Shown piece by piece: positions 18,782-28,394 of a stretch of 64,000 nt of DNA. Under the pieces are notes generated by a model. It was not told where the DNA came from. It saw nothing but the letters and a program-made list of their open reading frames with translations, and ran no database searches. How positions within the stretch are numbered: position 1 is the stretch's first letter; each line of letters starts with the position of its first letter. The position numbers and the translations under genes are program-made. This DNA comes from an uncultured Alphaproteobacteria bacterium (GTDB lineage: Bacteria > Pseudomonadota > Alphaproteobacteria > Rs-D84). The stretch lies in contig CALXMU010000004.1 in NCBI GenBank assembly GCA_944389555.1, positions 14,042 through 78,041 of the forward strand, in the 5' to 3' direction.

Positions 18782-19516
18782 TTGTATATGTCTGAAAAGT
18801 ATGTAGAAAAACGAATTTTGCAGGCTTATCAATGTGATAGGTATGGCAACGTTCGTCCATTGATTTTAATGAACGAGTTACAAGGTGTGGCTGATACTCA
18901 TGCCGAGGTGCTTGGCTGTGGTCGGACTTATTTGATAGAGAACAATATGGCGTGGGTGGTTACACATTATCTTGTAGATATCGTTGAGATGCCGCGTGAG
19001 GGTGAAGAACTATCTTTTATAACGTGGCCGTCGGCACAAGATGGTTTGCGCGCAACGCGTGATTTCGAAGTTCGTGGAAGTGATGGGCGGTTGATGGTTC
19101 GTGCTACTTCTCAATGGATTTTGATAGATATGGAAAAGCGTAGACCTTTGCGCTTAGAAGAAAAACTGGCTACGTGGAATATAATACCCGAAAGAGCGTG
19201 GGATAAGACTTTTGAAAAGTTTCCGGATTTTACTTCAACGAAAACTCATACTATGAAATGTCGTTTTGATGATATTGATGTAAATCAACATATAAATAAT
19301 GCGGTTTATGCAGTTTGGGCGACGGAAAGCGTAGGTTATATTTATCGCAATCAGCACGTGTTGAAGCGCATAGAATTAAACTTTAAAAAAGAAATAAACC
19401 CAGACACACCAGAAATTTCTGTTGATGTTGCGATAGATGGTTTGATAAGTAGACATAAAGTAAAAACAGGTGATATAGAACACGCATCTGTTATATGTAC
19501 ATGGGAAAAGTTATAA
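18782..19516 (+). CDS. acyl-ACP thioesterase family protein
   Basis: ILMNELQGVADTHAEVLGCG...MAWVVTHYLVDIVEMPREGEELSFITWP resembles the hot-dog N-terminal domain of FatA/FatB-type acyl-ACP thioesterases. Confidence 0.5.
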   Translation: MYMSEKYVEKRILQAYQCDRYGNVRPLILMNELQGVADTHAEVLGCGRTYLIENNMAWVVTHYLVDIVEMPREGEELSFITWPSAQDGLRATRDFEVRGSDGRLMVRATSQWILIDMEKRRPLRLEEKLATWNIIPERAWDKTFEKFPDFTSTKTHTMKCRFDDIDVNQHINNAVYAVWATESVGYIYRNQHVLKRIELNFKKEINPDTPEISVDVAIDGLISRHKVKTGDIEHASVICTWEKL

Positions 19517-19522
19517 GGTATT

Positions 19523-19548
19523 AAAAAAACCGCATTTGCGGTTTTTTT
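19523..19548. terminator. bidirectional rho-independent terminator (thioesterase gene / rpmH)
   Basis: aaaaaaaccgcatttgcggttttttt: a perfect hairpin flanked by A and T runs. Confidence 0.6.
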
Positions 19549-19699
19549 AATTTGCTGCTGTTACAGCCAATCTTTTACGACCCGCTGCACGACGACGGTT
19601 TAAAACTTCGCGTCCACCTTTGGTCGCCATCCGTTCACGAAAACCGTGCGTATGTACGCGACGTGTTTTAGATGGTTGATAAGTACGTTTTGTTGCCAT
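19547..19699 (-). CDS. rpmH: 50S ribosomal protein L34
   Basis: Not in the ORF track because it is under 60 aa. Minus-strand translation is [50 protein letters not shown], matching L34 (MKRTFQPS...HGFRARMAT..GR.VL.RRRAKGRKRL). Confidence 0.85.
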   Translation of the reverse strand: MATKRTYQPSKTRRVHTHGFRERMATKGGREVLNRRRAAGRKRLAVTAAN

Positions 19700-19865
19700 A
19701 ATAAAATCCTTTTGTGCCCATATTTAATCATAGGTTTTGTTAAAACGCAACCTTTTTATTTAGATTTTATCAATCCAAACTTTTTTAACCCTTCTAGCAT
19801 CAGATAATAAACAAAAAGAGCTGTAAATAATCTCCAGAACGGTAAAAACATCTTTTTTATACCCT

Positions 19866-20054
19866 TTATTTTGTGCGGTCGCGCATGTATGAAGCAATTT
19901 TTTCATGCACTGCTAAGGCTTTCTCCAAGCGTTCAAGATTCCATTTCATGGTTTTTAATTGCGTAAACATAAGCGGATTATCTTTATCACATTGTTGTAA
20001 TAATAAATCAGCCTCTTTTTGTGCGTCTTTTAATATTTTTTTTAGGTTTGTCAT
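19866..20054 (-). CDS. small hypothetical coiled-coil protein (62 aa)
   Basis: Non-low-complexity ORF MTNLKKILKDAQKEADLLLQQCDKDNP... upstream of rpmH on the same strand. Confidence 0.3.
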   Translation of the reverse strand: MTNLKKILKDAQKEADLLLQQCDKDNPLMFTQLKTMKWNLERLEKALAVHEKIASYMRDRTK

Positions 20055-20173
20055 AATAAATTTATGGTATCACAAATTGCGAATTTGTCAATGCTTTTTT
20101 TAGGGTTTATGTCTTGACCGAAAGTTAAAAATTTTGCTATTCTATACTTGTTAAAAATAAGGGAATTTCTAGT

Positions 20174-22924
20174 ATGTCAGAAACAAACAATATCAACGAA
20201 GTAAACGAAATAAAAATCCCGCAATCTTCCCTAGAACATGAAATGCGGACAAGCTTTTTAGACTATGCGATGTCGGTCATTGTTGATCGTGCATTGCCAG
20301 ATGTTCGAGACGGTTGTAAACCTGTGCATAGACGTATCTTATACGTTATGAATGATGTGGCGCCGGCAAATAAAGCAACGGTAAAATCGGCTCGTATCGT
20401 CGGTGACGTTATGGGTAAATATCACCCGCATGGAGATAGTTCTATTTACGAAGCAATGGTTCGTATGGGACAAGATTTTTCTATGGGTGAAATGTTGGTC
20501 CAAGGACAGGGTAACTTCGGTTCTCGTGACGGGGATAAGGCCGCTGCTATGCGTTACACAGAGGCACGGCTTTCCAAGCTTGGTGCGTCTATGATGGACG
20601 ATATGGAAAAGGATACCGTTGATTGGCAATCCAATTTTGACGGTACTTTGCAAGAACCTGTGGTTTTGCCTACTAAATTTCCTAACTTTTTGGTGAACGG
20701 TGGTTCTGGTATTGCTGTAGGTATGGCAACCAACGTTCCTACGTATAATTTGGGTGAAATTTGTAACGGTATTTTGGCAATTTTGAATAACCCGCAATTG
20801 ACGGACGATGAATTGTTTGAAATTATCCCGGGGCCGGACTTCCCCACAGGGGCGATAATAATGGGGCGCGCTGGTGCTTACAAAGCGCATACGACGGGTC
20901 GAGGATCTATCATCGTTCGTGCAAAAACCCATATGGAAACATTTCACGATCATCAGGCAATTGTCGTAGATGAGATACCATATCAAGTGAATAAGTCGCA
21001 ATTGATTATGAAAATTGCGGAATTAAGTAAAGATAAACGTATTGAAGGTATTTCAGAAATTCGAGATGAATCTTCAAAAGAAGGTTTGCGCATCGTCATA
21101 GAATTAAAACGTGACGCGATTGCAGATGTTGTATTGAATCATTTGTTTCAGTACACGGAAATGCAGACGAATTTCCCTGTAAACATGATGGCATTAAATC
21201 GTGGTCGCCCGATGTTGTTTAACGTTCGTGGTGTACTGGATGCCTTTATTGATTTCAGATGTGAGGTAATTCGTCGTCGTACCATATTTGACTTAAATAA
21301 GGCGCGTAACCGTGCACATACATTATTAGGTTTATCCGTTGCGGTTGGTAATTTAGACGAAGTCATAGAGTTGATTAAATCTAGCGCTAATCCAGACGCT
21401 GCGCGTGAGGCTTTGGTTTCTCGTGGTTGGCGTGCGTCGGATATTGAAAATTATATTCAATTGATAGATGACCCGAATACGGAATATAAAGATGGTATGT
21501 TTTATATGTCTGAGGATCAAGCTCGGGCAATTTTGGAATTGCAACTTCATCGCTTGACTGGGTTAGAGCGCGATAAATTGCACGAGGATTTGGTAGAACT
21601 GGGGGCACAAATAAAAGACTTATTAGATATTTTAGGCAGTCACGAACGTATAATTCAAATTATTCGTGATGAAACGACGATGGTTCGTGATAATTGGGCC
21701 AGTGCGCGCCGTACAGAAATATCTGATGCAGAAATTGATATAGACATAGAAGATTTAATTGCACGTGAAGATATGGTTGTAACAGTCTCTAATACTGGGT
21801 ATATCAAACGTGTGTCTTTGGATACTTACCGTGCGCAGAAACGCGGTGGTAAGGGTCGTAATGCAATGACGACCAAAGACGATGATTATGTTGTTCAAGT
21901 ATTTGTTGCGAATACCCATACGCCATTATTGTTCTTTAGTTCAAAGGGGTTATGTTATAAGTTAAAAACGTATAAGTTACCAGAAGCGGCAGCGGCGGCG
22001 AAAGGACGTCCGTTAGTTAATTTATTGCCGCTTGAGAACGGTGAGACTATAACGGCTATATTGCCGGTTCCAGAAGAAGATGTTGAACGTGTACGTGCTT
22101 CTGGTAAGGAACATTTCTTGATGTTTGCAACAGCGTCAGGAACAGTTCGTCGTAATCGTATGTCTGACTTTGATTCAATTCGTGCAAACGGTAAGATTGC
22201 GATGAAGTTAGATGAAGGTGATTCTCTGATTTCTGTATTACCGTGTAATGAAGAGCAAGATGTTTTCTTAGCGACGTATCGCGGTCGTTGCATACGTTTC
22301 CCGGTACCAGAAATTCGTGTGTTTGCTGGACGTAATTCAACTGGTGTACGTGGTATGACACTGGGTAAAGACGATCGTATTATCGGTATGGCAATGTTAA
22401 ATCATGGGGAGTCAGATGCGGCTGTTCGTGCAGCGTACATAAAGCAAAGTCGGGCGGCGCGTCGTGCAGAGACGGGTATTGAAGAAGAATCAGATGGCGA
22501 GGAAGAAGCAACGTCATTGGTGTTGGATGAAGCAAAGATGAAAGAATTAGCGGCAAGCGAAGAATTCATCTTAACTATATCTGAAAACGGTTTTGGTAAG
22601 CGCACAAGTTCTTATGAATATCGCACTACGCATCGTGGCGGTGGCGGTTTCGCGAACATTAAATTGGGGGGGAAGAATACAGCCGTTGCCGGTTCATTCC
22701 CCGTAGAGAACAATAACGACATAATTATGGTTACAGACGGTGGAAAGATTATTCGTACGCCAGTGAAAGATGTACGTATAGCAGGACGTGCCACGGCAGG
22801 TGTAACGTTGTTCCGCACCGCTGAAAACGAGCGCGTTGTTTCTGCAATTTCCATTTTAAGTGACGAAGGGGAAGAAGCAGAAGTAGATGCCGAAGTCGCC
22901 GAACAAGAAATATCAGGAAACTAA
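20174..22924 (+). CDS. gyrA: DNA gyrase subunit A
   Basis: 916 aa. Active-site tyrosine region [14 protein letters not shown]-terminal [14 protein letters not shown] motifs, C-terminal beta-pinwheel repeats and an acidic tail. Confidence 0.95.
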   Translation: MSETNNINEVNEIKIPQSSLEHEMRTSFLDYAMSVIVDRALPDVRDGCKPVHRRILYVMNDVAPANKATVKSARIVGDVMGKYHPHGDSSIYEAMVRMGQDFSMGEMLVQGQGNFGSRDGDKAAAMRYTEARLSKLGASMMDDMEKDTVDWQSNFDGTLQEPVVLPTKFPNFLVNGGSGIAVGMATNVPTYNLGEICNGILAILNNPQLTDDELFEIIPGPDFPTGAIIMGRAGAYKAHTTGRGSIIVRAKTHMETFHDHQAIVVDEIPYQVNKSQLIMKIAELSKDKRIEGISEIRDESSKEGLRIVIELKRDAIADVVLNHLFQYTEMQTNFPVNMMALNRGRPMLFNVRGVLDAFIDFRCEVIRRRTIFDLNKARNRAHTLLGLSVAVGNLDEVIELIKSSANPDAAREALVSRGWRASDIENYIQLIDDPNTEYKDGMFYMSEDQARAILELQLHRLTGLERDKLHEDLVELGAQIKDLLDILGSHERIIQIIRDETTMVRDNWASARRTEISDAEIDIDIEDLIAREDMVVTVSNTGYIKRVSLDTYRAQKRGGKGRNAMTTKDDDYVVQVFVANTHTPLLFFSSKGLCYKLKTYKLPEAAAAAKGRPLVNLLPLENGETITAILPVPEEDVERVRASGKEHFLMFATASGTVRRNRMSDFDSIRANGKIAMKLDEGDSLISVLPCNEEQDVFLATYRGRCIRFPVPEIRVFAGRNSTGVRGMTLGKDDRIIGMAMLNHGESDAAVRAAYIKQSRAARRAETGIEEESDGEEEATSLVLDEAKMKELAASEEFILTISENGFGKRTSSYEYRTTHRGGGGFANIKLGGKNTAVAGSFPVENNNDIIMVTDGGKIIRTPVKDVRIAGRATAGVTLFRTAENERVVSAISILSDEGEEAEVDAEVAEQEISGN

Positions 22925-22937
22925 AAGGGGCGTGGGT

Positions 22938-23333
22938 ATGGATAATGAGTATTTTGCATCTATAAATGAAGTGTCAAAGCGCTTATCCATACCTGCGCAT
23001 ACTTTGCGGTATTGGGAAAAGCAATTTCCTGTCGCTGTTCGTCCTACAACGGGGGCAGGTGGTCGTCGTTATTATCGCGCAGAAACTGTTGAACGGCTGA
23101 TAGTAATTCGTGATTTGTTATACAAACACGGTTTGACGATTGCCGGGGTTAAGAAGTTGCTGCGAGATGGAGGATTTCCGAAATCTGCTGACGATTTTAT
23201 GCAGAATACCGAAGTTACTATGCCGGCAAGTGCCGGTGAAAAGACACAAAAAATAAAAGCCGTTGATGCAATGCAAATTGATTGCGCGATAAATATATTA
23301 GAACGTGCGAAGGATTTATTAAAAACAATATAA
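22938..23333 (+). CDS. MerR-family transcriptional regulator
   Basis: N-terminal HTH YFASINEVSKRLSIPAHTLRYWEKQF, typical of MerR. The likely start is the internal Met (MDNEYF), avoiding overlap with gyrA. Confidence 0.65.
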   Translation: MDNEYFASINEVSKRLSIPAHTLRYWEKQFPVAVRPTTGAGGRRYYRAETVERLIVIRDLLYKHGLTIAGVKKLLRDGGFPKSADDFMQNTEVTMPASAGEKTQKIKAVDAMQIDCAINILERAKDLLKTI

Positions 23334-23360
23334 AAAGCCGGCATTTGCCGGCTTTTTTTG
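23334..23360 (+). terminator. rho-independent terminator
   Basis: aaaagccggcatttgccggcttttttt. Confidence 0.6.
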
Positions 23361-23386
23361 ATTTTTACGTAATAGATTTTTTAATC

Positions 23387-23992
23387 TTACAAAGAGTACA
23401 TTAACTCTTGCTTTTTTCTTAATAAAGAATCCTTTTGCTTTTGAAGAATTCTTGTTTTTGCAAGAATTACGCTATCACAATAATTTCGTGTTTTTGCTTC
23501 AAAGTTGTTAATCGCGCGATTTCGCTTTTCAAACTCACGCATTTTCCTTTGATTGGCGTAATATTGATTACTAATTTTTTGTATTGCAGGAATATTTTTA
23601 TAATCTGTAAACAATTTTGTCGTACGAGGCGTAAGGTTAAATATGGTGCTTTTTGAGGCTAGGCTATAAGCCTGGTTTAATAAACGTTCATTAACCTTGG
23701 CTAAACTATCAAACTGCTTTTTGTTTTCGTGAACGTAAGAATAGTTTTCATTTTGATTCAATGTTTGATTGATAAAAATTTGCCGGTTTTGCCATATTGA
23801 ATCTGTATCAATGTCGTTTTGTGCAATTTCAGAATCTATTTTAGAAAGAGCGTCAAGTTTATTTTGTAAGGCAATTTTGTTAGATTCTTGGTTGGTTTTC
23901 GTTACGTGATATATATACCCACCCAAAAGGCATAATAATGCCAACAATGTTAACGATCGAGTTCTTGTAATTATATTGTTGATTTTATTCAT
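23387..23992 (-). CDS. hypothetical membrane-anchored coiled-coil protein, Asn/Gln-rich
   Basis: N-terminal TM LTLLALLCLLGGYIY, followed by a hydrophilic coiled-coil-like region. Confidence 0.4.
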   Translation of the reverse strand: MNKINNIITRTRSLTLLALLCLLGGYIYHVTKTNQESNKIALQNKLDALSKIDSEIAQNDIDTDSIWQNRQIFINQTLNQNENYSYVHENKKQFDSLAKVNERLLNQAYSLASKSTIFNLTPRTTKLFTDYKNIPAIQKISNQYYANQRKMREFEKRNRAINNFEAKTRNYCDSVILAKTRILQKQKDSLLRKKQELMYSL

Positions 23993-24112
23993 CTGCGAGC
24001 ACCTTTTTAGAAGTAATTTTATAAAACATTATCAAAAACGAGGGTTTCATACTTTGTGTTTTCCAAGTTTATTCGGATTAGAAACCACCATTTAAGGTAC
24101 GCAATAAAAACT

Positions 24113-24187
24113 TGGCAGTCCCAACGGGAATCGAACCCGTGTTTTCAGAATGAGAATCTGACGTCCTAACCGCTAGACGATGGGACC
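24113..24187 (-). tRNA. tRNA-Glu (anticodon CUC as read)
   Basis: Reverse complement GGTCCCATCGTCTAGCGGTTAGGACGTCAGATTCTCATTCTGAAAACACGGGTTCGATTCCCGTTGGGACTGCCA folds as a cloverleaf. The anticodon loop is TTCTCAT and a CCA end is encoded. Closely resembles bacterial tRNA-Glu. Confidence 0.75.
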
Positions 24188-24298
24188 TTAAGCAGGGGTA
24201 TTCTATCTTTTAGATTTGAAAATATCAATATTTTTATGATGTTGACAATTTTAATTTTGTTGTATTAAACTGAAAACCTATTTTGGGGTTAATTTAGT

Positions 24299-25705
24299 AT
24301 GACACGTTTTTTATCAGAAAATAATGTTTTTTATCATGGTACGTATAATGAGTTTTCAAGGTTTAGACCTTTAAGTCATTTCGGTAGTATATATGCTGCA
24401 GAAAAGGTTGTTAGTAAAGGTGTACAAAAATTAGAGGTACCCGATGGTGGCATAAGTGTTAAACCTGTTTTAACTGGAATGAAACCGCATATAATTCCAG
24501 CAAATTTAAAGTTAAAAAATACTTACGAGTTACAAGATATTGAAGCAAACCACGATAAAAATTTCTATTGTGGAGTATTGTTGTTTCATTTTTTGAAAGA
24601 TTTAAAATATAAAAAATTAAATTTAGCTTATGATTATATAGCGAAAGAACCATTTGAGAAGGTGTCTTGGAATAATGTAAAGAAAGAATTAAAAAGTGAC
24701 GTTTTATATGAGGTTGAAATTTCAAATGCTTATTTTGCAGAGATGATGGATAGATATCATTTATTTCTGCAAAGAATGATACATTATTTTGAATCTATTG
24801 GGTTTGACGGTTTTCACTATACGAATCATTATGAGGACGCCGGACATATTTCATATGTACCTTTTAGACCAGAAAGTATAATCCGCTTAGATACTGCTGT
24901 TGGTGAGTCTGATAATAGCAAGGTTATAAAAAATGATAATATTTTAGCGTTAAGTGGTGAACGGGATTTAAGTAACGATGAACAATGTACTTTAAGGTTT
25001 GAGAAGATTTATAGAATGGAAAGTTCCGCAGAAAAAATGTTTTTGCTAAGCGCGAATAAAAAAGTTTTATTAAGACCGAGCTCATTTAGGCAAATGATGA
25101 AAGAAAAAGCATATTATTCAAAGGTATTATTTTCAGAAGTTATGCCGAAAATAGAACGAATTACTAATCAATCAAGGTATGGTTATCATGGTCTAAGCCA
25201 TACTCAACAGGTTGGGCTGTTTGGTATAGAGCTTGCCTTATCTGTTCGCCAAGATCCGTTACCAGTTATATTGGCAGCGGGTTTGCACGATTGTGCACGG
25301 GTAAATGACGAATATTGTGAGCAGCATGGCCCGCGTTGTGAACCTATTGCCAGAAAATTTTTAGCGGATAACTATCCTGATTTGTTACCAGTTGATGTAG
25401 AAAGAATTGTAAAGGCCGTAAAAGAGCATACCGTTGGTAGAAATAGTAGCGATTTGGTATCTGCGTGCCTTTGGGATGCGGACCGAGTCCGCTTGTCGTG
25501 GGAAATGGGGTTTGCACCAGAATTTTTTTCAACGCCATACGGTAAGAAGTTGGGGGCGTTAACTAGAAGTAAACAAGAAAAATACATTGCGGATCAAGAG
25601 CGCTTTTTAATAGAAAATAGGATAAAAACGCGCGCACAGATAGAATACGATAAAATTATGGATATAAAACAGAATTTAATTGGCACGAATTTTAAAGTAA
25701 GATGA
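24299..25705 (+). CDS. hypothetical protein with a C-terminal HD-domain phosphohydrolase fold, in a tRNA-flanked position
   Basis: 468 aa. C-terminal HD signature HGLSHTQQV ... AAGLHDCAR ... EQHG ... KEHT ... WDADRV. The N-terminal 280 aa have no recognisable domain. Very AT-rich codon usage. Confidence 0.5.
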   Translation: MTRFLSENNVFYHGTYNEFSRFRPLSHFGSIYAAEKVVSKGVQKLEVPDGGISVKPVLTGMKPHIIPANLKLKNTYELQDIEANHDKNFYCGVLLFHFLKDLKYKKLNLAYDYIAKEPFEKVSWNNVKKELKSDVLYEVEISNAYFAEMMDRYHLFLQRMIHYFESIGFDGFHYTNHYEDAGHISYVPFRPESIIRLDTAVGESDNSKVIKNDNILALSGERDLSNDEQCTLRFEKIYRMESSAEKMFLLSANKKVLLRPSSFRQMMKEKAYYSKVLFSEVMPKIERITNQSRYGYHGLSHTQQVGLFGIELALSVRQDPLPVILAAGLHDCARVNDEYCEQHGPRCEPIARKFLADNYPDLLPVDVERIVKAVKEHTVGRNSSDLVSACLWDADRVRLSWEMGFAPEFFSTPYGKKLGALTRSKQEKYIADQERFLIENRIKTRAQIEYDKIMDIKQNLIGTNFKVR

Positions 25706-25713
25706 TAAAAATA

Positions 25714-25738
25714 ATCCCGCCTGAGGCGGGTAAATTTT
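25714..25738 (+). terminator. hairpin terminator abutting the tRNA-Gln 3' end
   Basis: atcccgcctgaggcgggtaaattttt. Confidence 0.5.
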
Positions 25739-25812
25739 TGGTTGGGGCGCACGGATTCGAACCATGATAAAGAGAACCAAAATCTCTTGTCCTACCATTA
25801 GACGACACCCCA
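25739..25812 (-). tRNA. tRNA-Gln (anticodon UUG)
   Basis: Reverse complement TGGGGTGTCGTCTAATGGTAGGACAAGAGATTTTGGTTCTCTTTATCATGGTTCGAATCCGTGCGCCCCAACCA. U1-A72 is typical of tRNA-Gln. Anticodon stem AGAGA/TCTCT with loop TTTTGGT. Confidence 0.75.
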
Positions 25813-25991
25813 AAAGCAACTAGAATTATATATATCTTTTCTCTTTTTGCAATAACATTTTTCTTTGCGGTATTTTCGGTCTGGATAAAAATAAAATATT
25901 TGTTTTTTGTTCTTGATTTTAATTTATTAAAAATTATAATCATTAAAGATTTTAATAATTAAACCTTTCTCATATAAAAAAAGGAATAAAA

Positions 25992-26441
25992 ATGGCACGA
26001 AAAGAATTCATAAAATTACTGGAGGCCAACTTATTTATTTTGGATAGGTTATCAGATAGGTTAAAGAAAGACCCTTCTGTTTTATCGGGTTATCCGCGCC
26101 AACAGTTAAGCATTTTGGTCCGTTTACATATAGGGGGGCCAGCAAAGTTGAAAGATATTGCGCATCGTGAGATGGTTACTACTCCAAATTTATGTGCCGC
26201 GTTCAGAAAATTAGAACGAGACGGTTTAGTTTTGCGCAAAATAGATGAAAATGACCGTCGCAATACTTGGTATTCGGTGACTCAGGCTGGCGAAAAAATA
26301 GCGGTTCAGGCCATGGATACGATGAGAAGTATGATTGAAAGGTTGTTTTCTAAATTATCTCGTTCAGACGAAGAAGGTTTAACAAAAGCATTAAAAAACA
26401 TAAATGAAATTTTAACCAAAGTGGAGTTAGCAAATGCGTAA
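25992..26441 (+). CDS. MarR-family transcriptional regulator
   Basis: Winged-helix region DIAHREMVTTPNLCAAFRKLERDGLVLRKIDENDRRNTWYSVTQAG. First gene of the efflux operon. Confidence 0.7.
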   Translation: MARKEFIKLLEANLFILDRLSDRLKKDPSVLSGYPRQQLSILVRLHIGGPAKLKDIAHREMVTTPNLCAAFRKLERDGLVLRKIDENDRRNTWYSVTQAGEKIAVQAMDTMRSMIERLFSKLSRSDEEGLTKALKNINEILTKVELANA

Positions 26442-27768
26442 TATAAAATTGATGGCGTTTGTTTTGTGTGTTTCTGCGGCGGCTAGTAATGCATATGCTA
26501 TGGATTTGTCCTTAAAGGATGCTGTAGATATGATTGTGGCGGAATCTCAAGATTTGAAAAAAGCAGAAGCAAATGTAAAAAAAGCAGAGGCGTCTTTAGA
26601 TGCTGTGAATGCAAATCGTTGGTTTAAGATTGAGGGGAACGCCACGTATATGAATTTAGTAAACGTAGAAAATCCTACGCAATCGTATCAAGTTTCTTTG
26701 CCACCAGAAATTGGTGGTTTGCTATCACAATATACGACTAAACCCGTGCAGCTGCCGGAAAAATTAGATATTCCAGATAGTATGTTTATGGCGGGTGTAT
26801 CGGTAACTCAGCCTATTTATACGTTTGGTAAAATAGGTAACGCGGTTAAAAGCGTAAAATCTGCAATAAAAATGGCTGAGGCTGGAAAAGAAGTGACTTT
26901 TAGGGAAGTTAGATATAGTGCGGCAGATATTTATTGGACGGCGAAAATGACCGATGAAATAGTTGAAATTTCTCGTCAAGATTTAAATTCTGCAAAGTCG
27001 GCTCGTAAAAGTTTAACGTCAGCTGGGCGCGCAAATCGTAGCAATTTGGTTAAAATAGAATCTGATATTGCGACCAAAGAAATCAATTTATCTGATGCGG
27101 AATTTAATCGTGATACTGCGCATAGAATGTTAAAAATTTTGGCTGGTATTGATATGAACGAAGAATTAAATCTGACAGATGATTTCCCAACAGAGTTCGC
27201 AGATTTAAATGCCGGAACGCTGACTTCGACACCGCAATGGGATGTGTTGAATGAACAAATTCAGATGTATGAACGTAGTGCTAAGTCTAAACGTGACGGG
27301 GCTTTGCCGACATTGGCGGCTACGGCGTCTTATAACTATATTTCCATGGGCGATAATATTCCGAACGTGTTTGAAGGTTTTAGTACGCAATCGGCTTATT
27401 GGGGGCTTGCCTTACAAGTTCCTATTTTTAGTGGCGGTGTAAATATGGCGAACGCAACCGTTGAGGCGATGAATGCAGAGGCCGCTCGTCAAGATTTAGA
27501 CAAAGCGAAAAAAATGACCACAGAGGAATATACGCGCGCAATTGATAGGTATAATCATTTGCGGGGAAACTTAAAAACGCTAGAAAATGCAAGAGATTTA
27601 GCTGCTAAGGCGTACAAATTTTCAAGTGATAGATTTGCCGCTGGGCAGACGTCTGCAATTGAATTGGCCGAAGTGTCTGCGGGGTTATATCAACTGGATA
27701 TGGCGCTATTAAATGCAAAATATAATATTTTAATGTCTGCTGAATCAGTAAAGAAATTAGGTGAATAA
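26434..27768 (+). CDS. TolC-like outer-membrane efflux protein (OMF family)
   Basis: Signal peptide. Two-repeat helical/beta architecture with a coiled-coil heptad-rich sequence. Sits upstream of the adaptor and RND genes. Confidence 0.6.
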   Translation: MRNIKLMAFVLCVSAAASNAYAMDLSLKDAVDMIVAESQDLKKAEANVKKAEASLDAVNANRWFKIEGNATYMNLVNVENPTQSYQVSLPPEIGGLLSQYTTKPVQLPEKLDIPDSMFMAGVSVTQPIYTFGKIGNAVKSVKSAIKMAEAGKEVTFREVRYSAADIYWTAKMTDEIVEISRQDLNSAKSARKSLTSAGRANRSNLVKIESDIATKEINLSDAEFNRDTAHRMLKILAGIDMNEELNLTDDFPTEFADLNAGTLTSTPQWDVLNEQIQMYERSAKSKRDGALPTLAATASYNYISMGDNIPNVFEGFSTQSAYWGLALQVPIFSGGVNMANATVEAMNAEAARQDLDKAKKMTTEEYTRAIDRYNHLRGNLKTLENARDLAAKAYKFSSDRFAAGQTSAIELAEVSAGLYQLDMALLNAKYNILMSAESVKKLGE

Positions 27769-28366
27769 GATGGAAAAAATACGCGAAAAAATAAAAACAA
27801 AAAAAATTAAAAATATTACCTATGGTGTATGTGTTGCGGCTTTGGTGGTTTGGGTTGTGTTCCGGTTTACCGCAATAGGTTCGGAACATGCTATGGCAGT
27901 TTTTAATGCGTCGCGTCATGCAGCGGATGTTGGTGCTCCTGTGTACGTTGTAGAGATGAAACGTGAAGTGGGTATTCTGCGTGAACCAATAGAGGTAAAA
28001 AATAATAAAGCATTAGTGTCTTCTACCAGAGTTGCTAAATTGCAGGCAGGACAATCTATCGGTGGCGGAAAAATCATTTCTGTGTCAAATGACATAGATC
28101 TAAATTCTGGTATGCATGTTGTGCGTACGCGCGGCGTTTCAGACGGGTTACAATATGCTCAATTTGAAACGGATGGGTATTTCGTGCCGTTATATGCAAT
28201 CAGTAATAATCACGTTATGGTTGCAGAAAATGGTATTGCAACACCGAAAAAAATTTCGATTATAAGACAAGATGCAGAAAATGCTTTGATTGACGGTTTA
28301 AACGACGGCGATGTCGTCATACTTTCAAAGATTGATTCTGGGGCAAAGGTTCAAATAAAACGATAA
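27761..28366 (+). CDS. short (201 aa) periplasmic adaptor (membrane-fusion protein)-like subunit
   Basis: N-terminal TM anchor YGVCVAALVVWVVF and a beta-rich C-terminus ending DGDVVILSKIDSGAKVQIK, similar to MFP beta-barrel/lipoyl segments. No alpha-hairpin-sized region. Overlaps the OMF gene by 8 nt. Confidence 0.45.
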   Translation: MNKMEKIREKIKTKKIKNITYGVCVAALVVWVVFRFTAIGSEHAMAVFNASRHAADVGAPVYVVEMKREVGILREPIEVKNNKALVSSTRVAKLQAGQSIGGGKIISVSNDIDLNSGMHVVRTRGVSDGLQYAQFETDGYFVPLYAISNNHVMVAENGIATPKKISIIRQDAENALIDGLNDGDVVILSKIDSGAKVQIKR

Positions 28367-28394
28367 AGATTCATATTTTTAGGGAGATATCATA

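Noticed and set aside
20339-21001. 220-aa minus-strand ORF, plus 21955-22361 and 22402-22854 ORFs
   Set aside because: They are antisense inside gyrA, which has unambiguous motifs on the plus strand.
25692-25943. 83-aa minus-strand ORF
   Set aside because: It overlaps tRNA-Gln and an AT-rich promoter region. The translation is low-complexity.
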